From Chrysomallon squamiferum (lineage: Eukaryota; Animalia; Mollusca): a stretch of DNA of 64,000 nucleotides. Below are positions 37,858 to 52,357 of the stretch, one piece after another. Numbering within the stretch: the first letter of the stretch is position 1; the number at the start of each line of letters is the position of its first letter. The translations under genes and the position numbers were made by a program. The stretch covers positions 15,996,001 through 16,060,000 of the forward strand of contig CM022671.1 of the NCBI GenBank assembly GCA_012295275.1, read 5' to 3'. Below the pieces are notes generated by a model that was given only the letters and a program-made list of their open reading frames with translations, did no database searches and was not told the DNA's origin.

Positions 37858-40800
37858 ACTACTACTAATAATTAAAAATATTAATAAAGATAAGAAATAA
37901 AAGAAACTGAAACGTAATTTTCTAAGTTATTAAATATAACAAATATATATTCAGTGCTGTAATGCTGACATTTGTTCTGTGTCCCTAGCAACTTTTTAGC
38001 TTGAAACAGTTTTTCTCTAGCATAACATTAATAATATTGAATTTTCTTTTCATGTAATAATAACAGCTTAATTAATAAGATGTTTTTGTAAAATCTTTAG
38101 TTCTCGCGAAAATGAAGCCAAGCTCATCACTAATGCCAAAAATTTCACAAACACTCTGGAGAAACAAAGAGCTGAATTAGAGAAGGGAGATAATTTTCCT
38201 GAAAGTTACAATACTGAGGTGTCCAAGCTGAGAGAGCAGTATCTGAAACACACGAATGAACTGGCTGAGGCTGAGGAGAGGCAATATCAACTAGCCTATA
38301 AAATAGAATGGTAACACACTGGTTTTTATTTAGTTAAACTAGCTCTTTATATAAAAATGTTCATTTTGAAAGTTTAGTCTAATGTTTCTTTAATATAATT
38401 AATTTGTTATTATTTTTTTTTGTAAAAGTCTATCATTTCTGATATTTCTAAGTAAAATGAGATATTTAAGTGTTGTTGTATCCTTATATGATTATTCTTT
38501 TTAATGACTTCTTCTTTATAACCATATGAGATATTTTTCTCATTCTAATACTGTTGACATCATATTTTTTTACCAGTTTAACTGAAGAAAAGAAACTTCT
38601 GGAAAAGGAATATGCCCGAATGCCAAATCAGACTGTAAGTGTGAAATAAATTACACAAAACATAAAACCATAATTTATAATTGATTTAAAAAGAAACTGG
38701 CAAAGTAATATCCATATGATAGGAATTTTACTATTTTATGATAAAATAGCTTTAAGATTTAAAAAATGGAAAATGAGAATAAAAATTAATTCTTTACAAC
38801 TGTCATTTCAAATACTAGAATATTTATATATACTTTTTTAAAACATTTTTCTAAAAAGTTTTGAAATGTTTTGCTTTTTAATAATAGCATTAGAGTAACA
38901 ATTATTAACTTGGTAAATATTGTTAAAATTTATTAAATTACTGTATGTAATAATTCTACATTTAGATGTATTGTTTTATTTTGTATTGTTATAGAAAATA
39001 GAAAAAGAAATTAAAGACTTGCAGACTTCTTGTGATGAAATGAAAAAAGAAATTGCACAAAGAATTAATGAAGCCAAAAATCTGCGTGAAGACGTAGAGG
39101 TTGCCCAGAGACAGGTTTCTCTCGAAAACAAAGAATACGAACAAATTGCAACAAAAATAGAAGAGCTTAAGGTTAGTAAATACAAAAGAATATTATTATT
39201 TTTTATTTATTTCATAACCTTAAGACACATATGCTCATAATTTTCTAAAAGGTACACACACAACCCATATACATTTTGCACTGAAATACAATTCTTACTA
39301 CCAATTTAATTAATTTAAAAAATAAATATTTACTGGACACACTTGCATGATGTGCATATACCTATATGTGCCATTGTATATAATGTAAAATTATTTTTAT
39401 TTTCCTATATGTATTATTTTAAACATTAATATTCTTTTTTTTAGTTGATAATGTTGCTGTTTATCTAGCCAGTTTAGTTTCTAATGAAAACAAGTAAAAT
39501 ATACACATTGCTGAAATTTGTTATTTTAATTTCAGAATGAGTTGGCTCAGCTTAACATGGTTCCTGGACAAATAGCCAAAGAAGCTGACAAAATAGCACG
39601 AAAGAAAAAGTAAGAGACAATTTTCTGAATATGACAAAATATGGCTAAATTTATTTATTAAATTATTGACTTTCATTATATGGTAATTATTCAGCTTATT
39701 GATCTGTTAGTAAACCCCACCAAAAAAAAAAAAAAAAAAAAAACAATTCAACAGCAAAAAAAAAAAAAGGCATGTAGACAAAATGACAAGATAAAAAAAA
39801 AAAAAAAAGTTAAAAACAATCACCAAATCTAACATAAAATTAATCATGAACTCAACTGTAAGTACAAATATGAAAAATGTATGAAAATAAGTGTATTTGT
39901 GTCTACACTTGTGTTTTTAATAGTTAATTTTATTTTCAGTGATTTGGAAAATAAACTAAAACAGCTGAATTCACATCTTGAAACACTTCAAGAAGATGTT
40001 AAAATTCTTGAAGCAAAACACAGTCACCTCGACGAAGAAAAGTTCATGAATGATTCTGAACTCGACAGACAACGTGCGAAGTTAAACGAAAGTGAAAGAG
40101 AATTTGATTCTTTACTGAAGAGATTTGAAATGGAAAAAGATAGAGAAGCATCTTTAATGGCTGACAGGTAAGACTTACATTACACCAAAGTTATTTCTTT
40201 TCACTGTTAATAATGTATTAAGATTCCTTTCACTGCAGTATCCTCAGTTGTAGTTAAACAGATCTTTTGTTTTCTTGCTTTAGAAAAAGAAAGATGGTGT
40301 CAGTAATGTAATTATCAACATGACATGAGTTTTATAGAGAAACATCCCGTAGATCAACAACCCATATACCAAAATAAGCAAAAACAAAAATAAAATGCAT
40401 ACAAAATAATAAATGTGTTGTGAATATGGATTTCAAATATTTATTTTGGTCATTTTATTACTTATAATAATAAAACTTGTCATGGATATGTTTTTGGTAT
40501 TTATTTTTCACTGATCATGAACCACAATTTAAATGGATGCACATTTAAGAGTTTCAATAATTTATTCCCCTTTGGTAGATTTCTCAATTTTGTTTCCTGA
40601 ATAACTTGTACATTTTAAATTTTGTTAACAATTTTCACAGGGATGTAGCTCAACCGTTTCAGTTTTAAATCTTACATGTGATAGGTCACATGATCTCATA
40701 ATGCTTCTTTTTGAACCATAAGTGTACCATAACTATAGTAAAGTACCAATCTAAAAAACATAAAATAATTTCTATCATTGACTAATGTTAGCAATATCTT

Positions 40801-43800
40801 ATATTATTTTTGTTTCAGACATCAAATAACTATTTATAATAAAATGTGTACTAGTAAACAAATATTCAATTATTTCACAAACTACTATTTTTTTTTTTTT
40901 TTCAAATTTCTGTACTTCACTGTCTGAATTATTTTTATAACTGTCATTTATTTCACAGGGCTGGAGTGGATTTAAATTTGAGACACATTCACCTGGAGAA
41001 GAAAAATCAACATGATGTACTGTCAAGAAAAAGTCGAGAGAAAGACCGAGACATGCGTAACTTGAAGAAAGCTGAACTTCAGCTCAAAGTGGCTGAAGAA
41101 TCACTCAACCATACAAAGTCTATATATGATAAAATCAAATCACAGGTATGTTATATTTACTTTTAGTCAACTGTACAAAGTCTGTATATGATAAAATCAA
41201 ATTACAGGTATGTTATATTAACTCAATCATTCAAAGTCTATGTAAAGTAAAATCAAATCACATACATGTACTCTTGAAAAATAACAAATTTTGAATATTT
41301 ATTTTAAATTATCATATGGATATACATTTCTTAGGTTTGGTAATAAATAAACAGTTCATTGTGAAATGAGTCATATGTTGAAATAATAATATACAAGTAT
41401 TTTTCATAAACTGTATTTACTAGTTGAGAGAATAAATAATTTGTCTGATATTTAAAATGCTCAGTCTGTAAATACTTTTTGTTTCTGATTTCAGGTTGAT
41501 GGTTTGCCTAGAGATGATGGTACACTGGCAAAAAAGAAAGGAGATCTGCAAAGAGAAGTGGAACAAGCAAAAAGATCTTTAGCTCAGCAGGTAGATACAA
41601 CTTCATATTAGTTTGCCTGAGAAACAAGACAATTTAATTTCAAATTTTATTATTTTTTTTCACAAGTCTTGAACTTAATATTAAATGTAAAAATGAAAAT
41701 ATTTGATTTTTATTTGTTCTTAGTACAGTATCAAAGTTTCCAATTTGACATTCAGTGATTAATCTCAAAGGATCTGTGTAGGAACAGACATTTGCTGTCA
41801 AGGTCTAGATGTTACAAAAATCACAGTAAAAGTTAGATTAAATAAATTAGTGATATTAATATGAACAGTTTTTTTCAAAACTATAAAATTATTGTGTGCA
41901 AGAATAAGCAAGTGTGAATAATAGCTAACATGAAAACAAGATGTCTGCAACATGTTATATTTCTCTTTATTAATAATTTATGACTTTTTATCAAATATTT
42001 GATTATTTTCACAGCTTACAGATATCTAACAGCTGTAGAACTTGAATAATTTATGACTTTTTGTAAAATTTTGATATATCATTTTAATATAATATTTGAT
42101 TGTTTTCAATAGATTTCTGACAGAACATGATTTTCTCTTTAATTAATAAAACTTTATTACTTTTTATCAATTATCAATGTAATATTTGATTGTTTTCAGA
42201 CTTTACATTAATTAGACAGCTGTAAAAGAGGTTAAATGTCTCTTTAATTAATACAAATGTATGACTTTATTTCAATAATCAGTGTAATATTTGATTGTTT
42301 TCAGAACTCACTGACAGCTGTAGAACATGTGAAACTGGAGGCTAGTGCTGCTGATGAACAGAATCTGCTGTATCAACAAAGTGATCTGCGAATTGAAGTA
42401 GTGGAGCTTACTAGACTGGCAGCTATAAAGGTAAAATTATCTGGACATCTCAGTAACAAACAGTTCCTTTTTTTTTTTTTCAAAGAATATCACAGTATAA
42501 ATTTAAAATTTAAAATGATTCTTTCTTCCTAGTTAGGCACCACTTGAAAATTACAAAAAAGGAAAAAAATTTTAGTTGGGTAAATTTTAAACAAAATTTA
42601 AATAGAGGCAATTATCTATTATAATATTAAAATAGTTTTCAAAGATATTGTCCATTGCTTTTGTGTTTGAATTAATTATGTTATATTAACTTGTTGTTAT
42701 AATTTTTACATAGGCAGATGAAAGAGAGCAGAAGGCGAGAGATTTCATGCGAGCAGAGATGCGTTTTCATCGTGCTGTGGAAGATCTGAAAACAAAACAG
42801 CTACAAATAACTGATCATCAGAAGAAATATCATGAGATGCAGATAAAGTAAACATAGAGAATTTTAAACAACTTCTTTGCATCAGTAGCAGAAACTACAG
42901 ACAGTATTCTTAAAATTATTTTAATTAAACCAGTTGCATATATAAAATTGACAAATAATATTTTACCATTATTTTAATTAAATCTTTTGTAGAAAGAAAT
43001 AATTAATATTATTTACAGTTATTTTAATCAGTTTGTATAGATTAATAAAACCTACAGATAGTATTTTTAAAATTATTTTTTAGCCTTCTTTTTTTTCGTC
43101 TTTTAAACATTTACATACTATGTATTGTTTTAAGTTTTTTTGTAAAAATCGATAGATCATAGAAATAAGTCAAATACCATCCACTATATTCAAAGTTTTA
43201 TATTTATATATATATTATTGTTACATTAAAATTGTTTTAATATTAGAATTATAATTGCTTTTTAAATATCATTTGTTACTGTTTTGCCACATTAATACTG
43301 TAATAGGTAATACTGAAATATTAATTCTATTAAGAATTGCTTTACAAAATCATGTCTCATTGTTTTTACTAGATTGAAGGAGTTTGCCAAGCTGTATGAT
43401 GTGATCAAGAATGAAAGAAACAAATGTGTGAATCTAATTCAGACCAGCACCCAGAAAGCTGCCGAAATGAAAGAAAAAATAAAAATACTCCAGAATGAAA
43501 TTGAAATATTGAGAACATCGGTTATGCAGAAAGACAGGTTAATAGCATTTGAAAATATCTCAAATTGCACATTATATATTATTATATCAACTAGCTGAAA
43601 AAAGGTTAAAAGTTATTTTTTAAATTAAAAAATAATAAGAAAATTGAAATACATATTTAACAATTGTGAGTGAAACAAAAAGAAGCTAAAACTCACACAC
43701 ACACACACAGAGATACTTTCTAAAAAATTATTATTGGTAAAATTTTATATTGAAACAATTTAACATTTAATAAAAATTGTAGATATCTTTATCTTTTTTC

Positions 43801-46800
43801 ATTACTAAACTCCAAAACTAAAAAACAATTTCAAAAAATCTTTTCATTGATGTTTTTAAAACTGACTTCTCTCTCAACAAGATTATCTTAGAATCTATTA
43901 TTCTATCTTTTTTTAACTGTTACATGTTTTGTTCCAGACAACTTCAGAAGCATCGACTACGGCAGCGTGCCAGTATTGAGCTGCGAGACAGTTTGAGGAA
44001 GGAGGTGGCCAAGCAGCAGAGCATTGAAGAAAGCATGCGTGACAAGCGTGAACAGCAGAAAATGGACATTGCCAAGCTGAACCTGATGATAAACCAAGCA
44101 GAGGAACAGATGGTCAAACTGAGGAAGAGATATGAAGAGGCTGTCAAACACAGAAATAACAGGTGTTTGTCAGTGCTGAGTGGTGGATGTGTGGTTCAGG
44201 GTGTTCTGAGAATGCTGTTCACACTTATTTTTCTTGCCCACTCTTTGTCCCACAGTCTGCCTCCCATGTCATGTCATGTCATACAAGAAGCTTTAAAGTA
44301 TGCAGTGCTGTCTCAGAACTACTGTCATTATACTTCTTAATGTGACAGAAAAACTAGTTTCACCTGATGATACATGGTTATGTTATTGACTGAACTTAAT
44401 AGTTTTCTGTTTCTTCTTGGGTATGAAGCACTTGCAGAGCAAACTCAGAATATATAACCCTGGTGTTTTTTCACAAACAAGCAGATTGTTTATATATAAA
44501 ACCCGGTTTTATTTAAAATAAAATAATCTGAAGGTTTGTCAAAATCTGATAAAGAACTGAACAAATAAAATATTAATATTTGATTTATAATATACTCTGT
44601 TCAGTACTTTGACTTAAGATGTGAGTTAACAAACAGAATTCTCATTGAAACATACTGCATAAAATTAGCATATTATTATTATCTAAGTTAAAAGTATTTA
44701 AGAAAGTAAATTTTGTATGAAACATTTATATTTTATTCGGTCCATTTTTTATCTGATAAGTACTTATTAGATAATTTATATAAAATATTTCCAAACCTTC
44801 TTTTGCACCATGTTTTAATTTTATTAAAAAATATATTTCTTTTCTGCTTTTAGGGGCATTAAACTAATAGAAAGAAATGAAGAAGTGTGTATATTTTATG
44901 AAAAGGTCAACATACAAGGTGAGGAATGTTTTATACTCTTCATTATATTGTTTCTGAATGATAACCTTGAGAATGGTGTAGGAATGAAATTGACCTGTGT
45001 TCCGAATTCCAGACTAAAATTTTTTATATTTTTAAAGTTAATGTGAATTTACTTTAGATCAAATGGTAAGAACTGGAGAGGTTGAACTAAAGGGAAGAGA
45101 AGAAGAAATCAGATTTCTAGAACTGCAGTTGAATGAAGAGAAAAGAAATCTAGAACTTCTGAGAAAATCTTTGCCAAGTAAAAGAGCTTTTGAACAAGAG
45201 CTTGTCACACTACAGATTCAGGTGATTTGATATTATAAATAATAATTAATAGATAATATAATAATATAATGGTACTACAGCAATATAATATTTGCTATAC
45301 TATTTTAAAAAGTACCAAAAATTAAGTTATAGCTAATATAATGTTTTCTATTACAGATCATAAGTTATAAATCTGAAATATTACTAAGCAAATAATTCAT
45401 AATCCTATAAAATAATAGACAATGTTAGACAATATAATATTTTTCTATAACTGGAAGACTGACACTCACGTTTTTCTTTTTCAAATGATTTAATTTTGCA
45501 GCTTCAACAATGTCAAGACCGAATGCTGGATCTGGAGAAAAATCTAGAGAATCCTTACGATGAAACAAGAGTTCGCTATCTTGAGGGGAAAGACCCTTCA
45601 CTATCAGAAATACAGAACAAAGTGGAAGATGTAAGTAATATTAGTAATATTTTCTTGTAGTTGTAGCAGATTTTGACATATTTATCGAAGCAGGAGTCAC
45701 TATAAACATGGAATTATAATGGAAAATTTTATATATTTAATATAATGTTATTTTGCGTACCAAATAAATAATTATTTTATTATCTGAACAAACTATTTCA
45801 TCTGTCATTTTAATAGAAGTGTCTAATATCATCAGTTATCGCATAGAAAGGACCTGAAGTTTTCTAAGATTGTTTTTGTATCTGGAACAGTGAAGTATTA
45901 TAATATTAAATGTGTTATTGTTGAAAATCTACAGTGTGAAGAAAACAGAGACTTTAATCTGAAATTTCTTTTTTTTTCAGCTTGAGATGCGTCTTGCAGA
46001 GAAAGAGGAACAACTTTTGGAGAAGGATCTCATCTTCGAGCAGGTACAGAGAATGGCTGATCGAATACGACACAAAGCTGAAGTTGGCAAAGAAGATACG
46101 TTAGAACTGGCCAAGAAAGTAAGTGTTAAAACATGTGTTTGTATATCTCACCAGATTAATGTATTTATAAACCTGATATTTTAAATAAGAAGATATCCAT
46201 GCTATTAATCATATGTCATGGCTAAAAACTCATATATAAATCAATTATATTTTCTTCTACTTTTAACGTTAAAAGATCAGAAATTAATTTGTATGTTAAA
46301 TAAGACTAATTATGACAATGTACTTGTTTGTTTTTTTTAAATTGTTTTTAAACCATAAGTGCCTGCTCATTCTGTTTTGTGCGTCTAGCTAAATAACAGA
46401 TTAGTAAATATAATTATACAATTGTATTAAATACTACAGCTGAATGATGTCCAAGCAAAAAAAAATCAAATAGACCACTGGGATTTGCCTCCTCAGTCTG
46501 TCTCCTTTGTATGTGTAGCTAAAAAAAAAAGATTTATAAATAAACACAAATATAACACTGTATTAAAATATTACAGGTTAATGACGTCCAGGCAAAAATC
46601 AAAGAGACCACTCGCAAGATGATGGCCATAGTGTCAGAGCTGTCAATGAATCAGGCGAATGCGATGAAACTGCAGCAGGATCTGAAGAGCCAGGAGTCGG
46701 TGCTAGAACAGTGTTACATCAGAATGGAGAAGGGAGAACCTCCTAGTGATGATATTTACAGAGACTGGCTGCGACACTGCAGAGAGGAAGAGAGGAAGGC

Positions 46801-48186
46801 TTTTGAGAGAGAAGAACAAAAAGCTGTAAGATTCTTTTTTTTTTTTTACACTACACAACTAAATGAAATAACAGTCCTAAAATTCCAGTTTGAAAAGAGT
46901 AAACTAACAAAAAAAAATAATCTTGATAGTGAACTGTTATATCAGCTAAATCAAAAAATAATCTAAAAATAAAATAAAAATTCAAACATTCATATTTAAA
47001 AATAATAAATAAGAAAACTTGATAATGAAGTGTAATTGCAGTATTGATAATGAACTGTAATTGCAGTATTAATATCCACTAAATAAAATAGTAATCCAAA
47101 CATTTAGCTTTAAAAACAGCAAAAATAACAAAACTTGAAGAGAATTCTAGATATTTGACCTTTTGTTTTTTTGAAACATTTGCATAACATAGAGTACACA
47201 GAAAGGTTATCAGCAATATTGTTATCCATGGTGTGACTTATCTTACACAAAATGGTGTTAGTTATTGGTCAAATAATACATATATATTTATATATATATA
47301 TATATATATTTTTTATTCTTGTAAGAATTGTTTTCCCATTATATAAATTTCATTTATTTTTCTTCCCAGTCAATACTTTCGTCTTTCTTGTTTTAAAAAT
47401 TCACATAGTTATCTCCCTTCTCCAATGTTTATTTTTTTCTTGTTTTTAATTTTTAATTTTTTTTTGTTATTGTTTATTTTTGTTATGTTCATTCTGCACA
47501 GTCTCTTGAGTTGATTTTAATGATTTTGTTTATGCCTGTAAATATGGAGATGTATAATACTTTTAAAAACAGCTACTTCCTTGTTGTTTTTGGTAGTTGT
47601 CAGATATTTAAATTATTATTATCAAGAAAGAAACTTTCCATTTAGAAATTGTATTTTAATGCCAGAAAAATTGATTGTTAAAAAACAATTACATTAGTTC
47701 TAACTGTAATTTTATGTTTTATATAAGAACAATAACAACAACAACATAATAATAATAACAAAACAGCACAACCACCACTACCACCACTAAATGCAATCAC
47801 TACCAGCAATAACAGCAACCACAATGTCACAAATATGATAAAAACAACAACAGCAATAAAAAACACAACAGGAACAAAGATAACAAAGTATTAATCAAAA
47901 TAATAATAAAGTTGATGATGATGAAAATAACGAATAACTAACTAACTAAATATAAATAATTTACCTGTTACGTAAATTACAGATTGAGGAGGATGAAGAA
48001 CACTACAAACTGCCTGGTGGCCTTGTGACAACTGCTGAGCCACGCCCCAATGCCTACATCCCCGATGATGACACCGAGCTGCCTATTCCACGACCATACG
48101 GCTCTCATGCTCCATACAAACCCAGCGAGGCCGGCTCGACTATGCGACATATTCGCAAACCCATACCCAAACCCATTGAAATATAG
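36482..48186 (+). CDS. CCDC146: Coiled-coil domain-containing protein 146 (MBO2 ortholog, axonemal), 950 aa; 19 exons: 36482-36622, 37545-37627, 38101-38310, 38577-38634, 38995-39171, 39536-39609, 39940-40167, 40959-41145, 41495-41590, 42305-42430, 42714-42847, 43373-43537, 43938-44162, 44854-44918, 45058-45221, 45502-45630, 45981-46118, 46577-46825, 47983-48186
   Basis: Long coiled coil colinear with CCDC146 as I recall it: [65 protein letters not shown]-terminal [12 protein letters not shown]...LPIPRPYG...[22 protein letters not shown]. 2853 nt in frame. Confidence 0.95.
36917..37150. repeat. Three imperfect ~78-bp tandem copies in CCDC146 intron 1
   Basis: Unit AAAATAATATACTAGTATACTT..TATCTT..AATGTTTGAATCACA...AAAATAAATCAT, repeated three times. 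Confidence 0.8.
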
Positions 48187-51100
48187 AAAAAACAGCAGCA
48201 AAACAAACACACGTGAAGTGAAAATAAAATCAAAATTGAGCCTAATTAGTCGTTCTAAAATGAGTAACCTGTCAGTTTTATTGTAAAGGCAGTGTTATAT
48301 GGTTATTAAACGTATTCGAATAATACATTTTTTTTTTCAGACCTCAGTGTTAAAAAAGTTCATAGCACCAAACTCCAGTTTCTTATTAATTGTAGACAAG
48401 TGATGTGTTAATTAGAAGCGTCATTATGTTTTTCATACTGAACAAAAATGTTATGGGTCATTACATAACTGACGTGCATAAAAAAAAAAAAGACAGGAAA
48501 AGAAAGATTATTTTATAGACCAAAATACAGCGTCGATTGTGAATTTGATGTCCCATCAAAGAAACATGAACAGATACTCCCAGATTACTAAATTCTTTTG
48601 TTCAGTATGGACATGTTGAACAGTATTATGCCTGGTTTAGAAATTTAAAAGGACTGAAGATGTCAGTTAAATGTGTGTTATTATTTTTATTATTATTATT
48701 AGTAACATTTATATAATGTTGACAAATGATGATGCTTAAGTTCATAGACAAACCAAAAAGAGATATTCCTTTGAAACCATAATTTTCTTTTAACTTGTTT
48801 AAAATATGTATTTTAAAAGTATTTTTTAATTTAATCTCCTGATACTTTTAATTATAGCTTTTTACAATCAGTCTGTTGGTTATATGTTGTCATTATTTTA
48901 ATATTTGATTGTTATCTTTATGTAATTTTATATGTGTTTAATAACAATGTGTGTTGCCCCTTTTCTTTGCCAAACAGCTGTCTTCCCCTCTTTGTCGTTT
49001 CAGGCCAAATTGAATACCTTTAGTGCCCTTTTATTTTATAGAGTTACAAATGAAAATATGTATACACACCTGTCTAATCCTTTCCACAGCTGTTTTTAAG
49101 AACCGTTTTTACAGTTGTTTCTGAGGAGAAAATAAAACAACCATTGTTAAGTCTTGCTTATGTATTGTTATCTTCTTTTATAATCCTAGTTTGTAAAAAA
49201 AAAAATTTAATTATTATTTTTTATTATTATTCTTTTTGTAGTTATTAAAAGTTTAAAAACCGTTTTTATTATTTTTCTGTTATAATTATGTATATAATAG
49301 TATCATTTGTTCTGCCTGATATATAATTTTATAATCATTCTGTATCACAGGGCATAAACAATATTTTTATATCTAATCAGACATACACACACACACGCAT
49401 ATAATTTTTAGATCTGGTACAAAAACGTGATGTTAGTCATAGCTGTTTGTATGAAATAAACAGCGGCAATGGTCTGTATTCTTCAAAAATCGGTTCAAAG
49501 ACTAATTATTAGATAGTTGTAAATGTCTTCTGAAACGCAAAATCATTATTTTACAACTAAAGCAGTGTCGTAAGTCATACATGAAACATGAGCATAAGGT
49601 TGTGAGATTTCTATATCGACTTCTGTTTTTATTACACATTAGTTTCTGCACTTGTAGAATATTCCATACAAGTTCGACAAGGAAATTTTCTTCTAATCAT
49701 CATGCTTATTTCCAGCCGTTAACATAAACATGTCACTGACATGTCACAAACAGCATTCTGATATAATTTATTATTGTTAAAATCAACTTTTAACGTTCAA
49801 AGTTATTTCAGGAAACTTGTTATGAGAAACGAAAATGATGCTCGATTTAAAATATTGGTGTAAAATATTGCGAAAAGAATCATAGTTGGCACGTTTCGCA
49901 CGTGCTCAGAAATACATCGTAACGTAAAGAAGACTGTTTACTTGAAGAAATTCAAATGTATTGCGAAAAAATACAGTAAAGAAATTCAACATAATGCAAA
50001 TTCAACTAGGATGTATGGAGTGAAATTTCTGTGCTGTATAGCATTGCTGTATTACATCCTGTGGATTAATTCTGTCGCGAAAAGTAGGGCCTATACTAAG
50101 TCTTTTTTCGTGACTATTTTACATCCAAAATTTCTGAATGGGACGAATATGATTACTGTGAAATAACTTTCAATATACTTGATCTTGTTCCTATTCTTTC
50201 TTCACCTTTTTTTTTCATTTTTTTTTTCATTTTTTAAAATTTATTTTAATATTTACTAATTGAAGTTAATTGAAATAAAATATTTTAAAAACATTAAGAA
50301 TCTTTGACCTTTTTTTGTTGATGTGAGATAGTTGCTTTTCGGTCATCTTTTATCTATTTCTGTGTATCGAAATGTAATCTTGAAATGTCATTACTGGTTG
50401 AAGCCATTTTGAGATTACCAGTCTTTCCTTCTTTGTGTACAATTAATTATTTTAAAATAATTTGATCTACACTTATATGGAATTAGATATATGGTTAAGT
50501 CCATGCAGACAAAAAAAATCTTCCGTCGCTACTCGATGGGATTGTGCATTTGTTGGTGTTTGTATATATAATAAGTGCTTGATCACTTAGGCTGCCTGTT
50601 AATTAGTTTGGACATGCACGCAGAAAAACAAAATTAAGAATTAGCTTCTTCCCTCTGGGAGTCAGTAACCGTCTGTTAATTTTATACATACGTCAACAGT
50701 TATCTTTATTAGGTGTGTATCTCTGTTTTCAAACGAATGACGTTTTCCTTCTTGTTATTTTTCATTTCAGGTTGAACAAATAGGAAGATTCTGTCAGTAT
50801 CACAGACATCTTTAATGATTTATTAGCAATATTGAAATAATACTTACTTGATATTTGCTGGTGAATTTGAGAAGTGCTGCGTCATATCTGAATACAATGT
50901 ATTTGATGCCATATTGGAATTACACGTGAGTGTGTGCGTGCGTGCGTGTGCTTGTGTGTTTATCTGAAAGTAGTTTTATTCTAGAGAGATGAATCCTTAT
51001 TTTCTTCCAATATTTTTATGTTAAGTCGATCCTGGGAATCGGTGACTTGAAAAACATTTCATTCGTAATAATAATTTTTCCCTGACTTCTTTATGCATTA

Positions 51101-51205
51101 CTTTATTTTAACGTTTATTATATAAACTATATAAACTATATATATAAAATATTCGTGAGTATTTTATTGTCTCTAAATTTATGAGTTTTTGCAACCATAT
51201 TTTTA

Positions 51206-51251
<46 letters not shown>

Positions 51252-51296
51252 GTTTTTTTTTAACATTTTGTTTTGTTTTTGTTTTTTTACATAAGT

Positions 51297-51660
51297 ATAT
51301 AACACATAAAACTTAATTATTATTTATTACTATTATTATAATAATGTGCTTTTACAAAGGCATATAACTCATAAAATCTAATTGTTATTTATCTTTATTA
51401 TTATAATACTTATCTTTTACGTTGGCATATAACACGTAAAATCTAATTATTATTTATTACTAGTATTATGATAGTGTACTTTTACACAGGCATATAACAC
51501 ATACAATCTAATTATTATTTGTTACTATGTCCTTGTACGTTGGAATATAACACACAATAATACAACATGTATAACATGTAATAATGTTCTTTTACGTAGG
51601 CGTATAAGACAGAATTTAATTATTATTTATTACTATTATTACAAAGACGTAGACATAAAA
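51297..51660. repeat. AT-rich minisatellite, ~64-bp unit, about 6 degenerate copies
   Basis: Recurring GGCATATAACAC.TAAAATCTAATTATTATTTATTACTA...CTTTTAC near 51359, 51424, 51489, 51542 and 51599. Confidence 0.85.
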
Positions 51661-52295
51661 TATATCAACGATTATGATCTAATAGATGACGCATGAAGCG
51701 TTGCAGTGTGGGTCAAGGTCATCTTAATCCATTTCTTTTCTAGTGGATTAATGGTTACAGATTAACGCCTGACAGAACAAATAAGGATTAACTGAGGGTG
51801 CCCAAAGTTTTAGATATCAGAATGTACGTGAACTTGGATGGCAGAGATTTTATAAACGAACATTATTCTGATCTTAGACGTAAACAAGTAAGTATTGTTG
51901 TTGTTGTGTTGTTGTTGTTGCTGTCGTTGTTATTTTGTTGTTGTTTTTGTTGATGATGATGATGACGATGAGGTTACATTGTCTGAATTAAGCTAAACCA
52001 ACAGTTGTCATGATAAATGGTAAATAATATTTTGAAATAAGATCATTCCACTATACGTATTTCTCGTTTTGAAAATTAGTCATTTCTGCTGACAGATTTT
52101 ACTGTAATCACGAGTTAATGGTGTTCCTCTCAGAAACCTGCTATCAAATGAAATGTCTAATTAAAAACCGCTGCTTCATAAAACAAAATAATATTTGTAT
52201 CGTGGTAAGAGAAGGTGATATGCGAAGACGATCCAACACCAAAAACCTAATAATGTTTAATACAGAAACATCATAGAAACAAATATATTTAGACA

Positions 52296-52357
<62 letters not shown>

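Noticed and set aside
40640-40653. GGGATGTAGCTCAA, similar to a tRNA-Ala 5' end
   Set aside because: No B-box, cloverleaf or 3' acceptor stem follows; at most a SINE scrap.
44163-44340. In-frame read-through of CCDC146 exon 13 into a GC-richer intron start (hydrophobic tail)
   Set aside because: Splicing at 44162 restores colinearity with CCDC146, and nothing supports intron retention.
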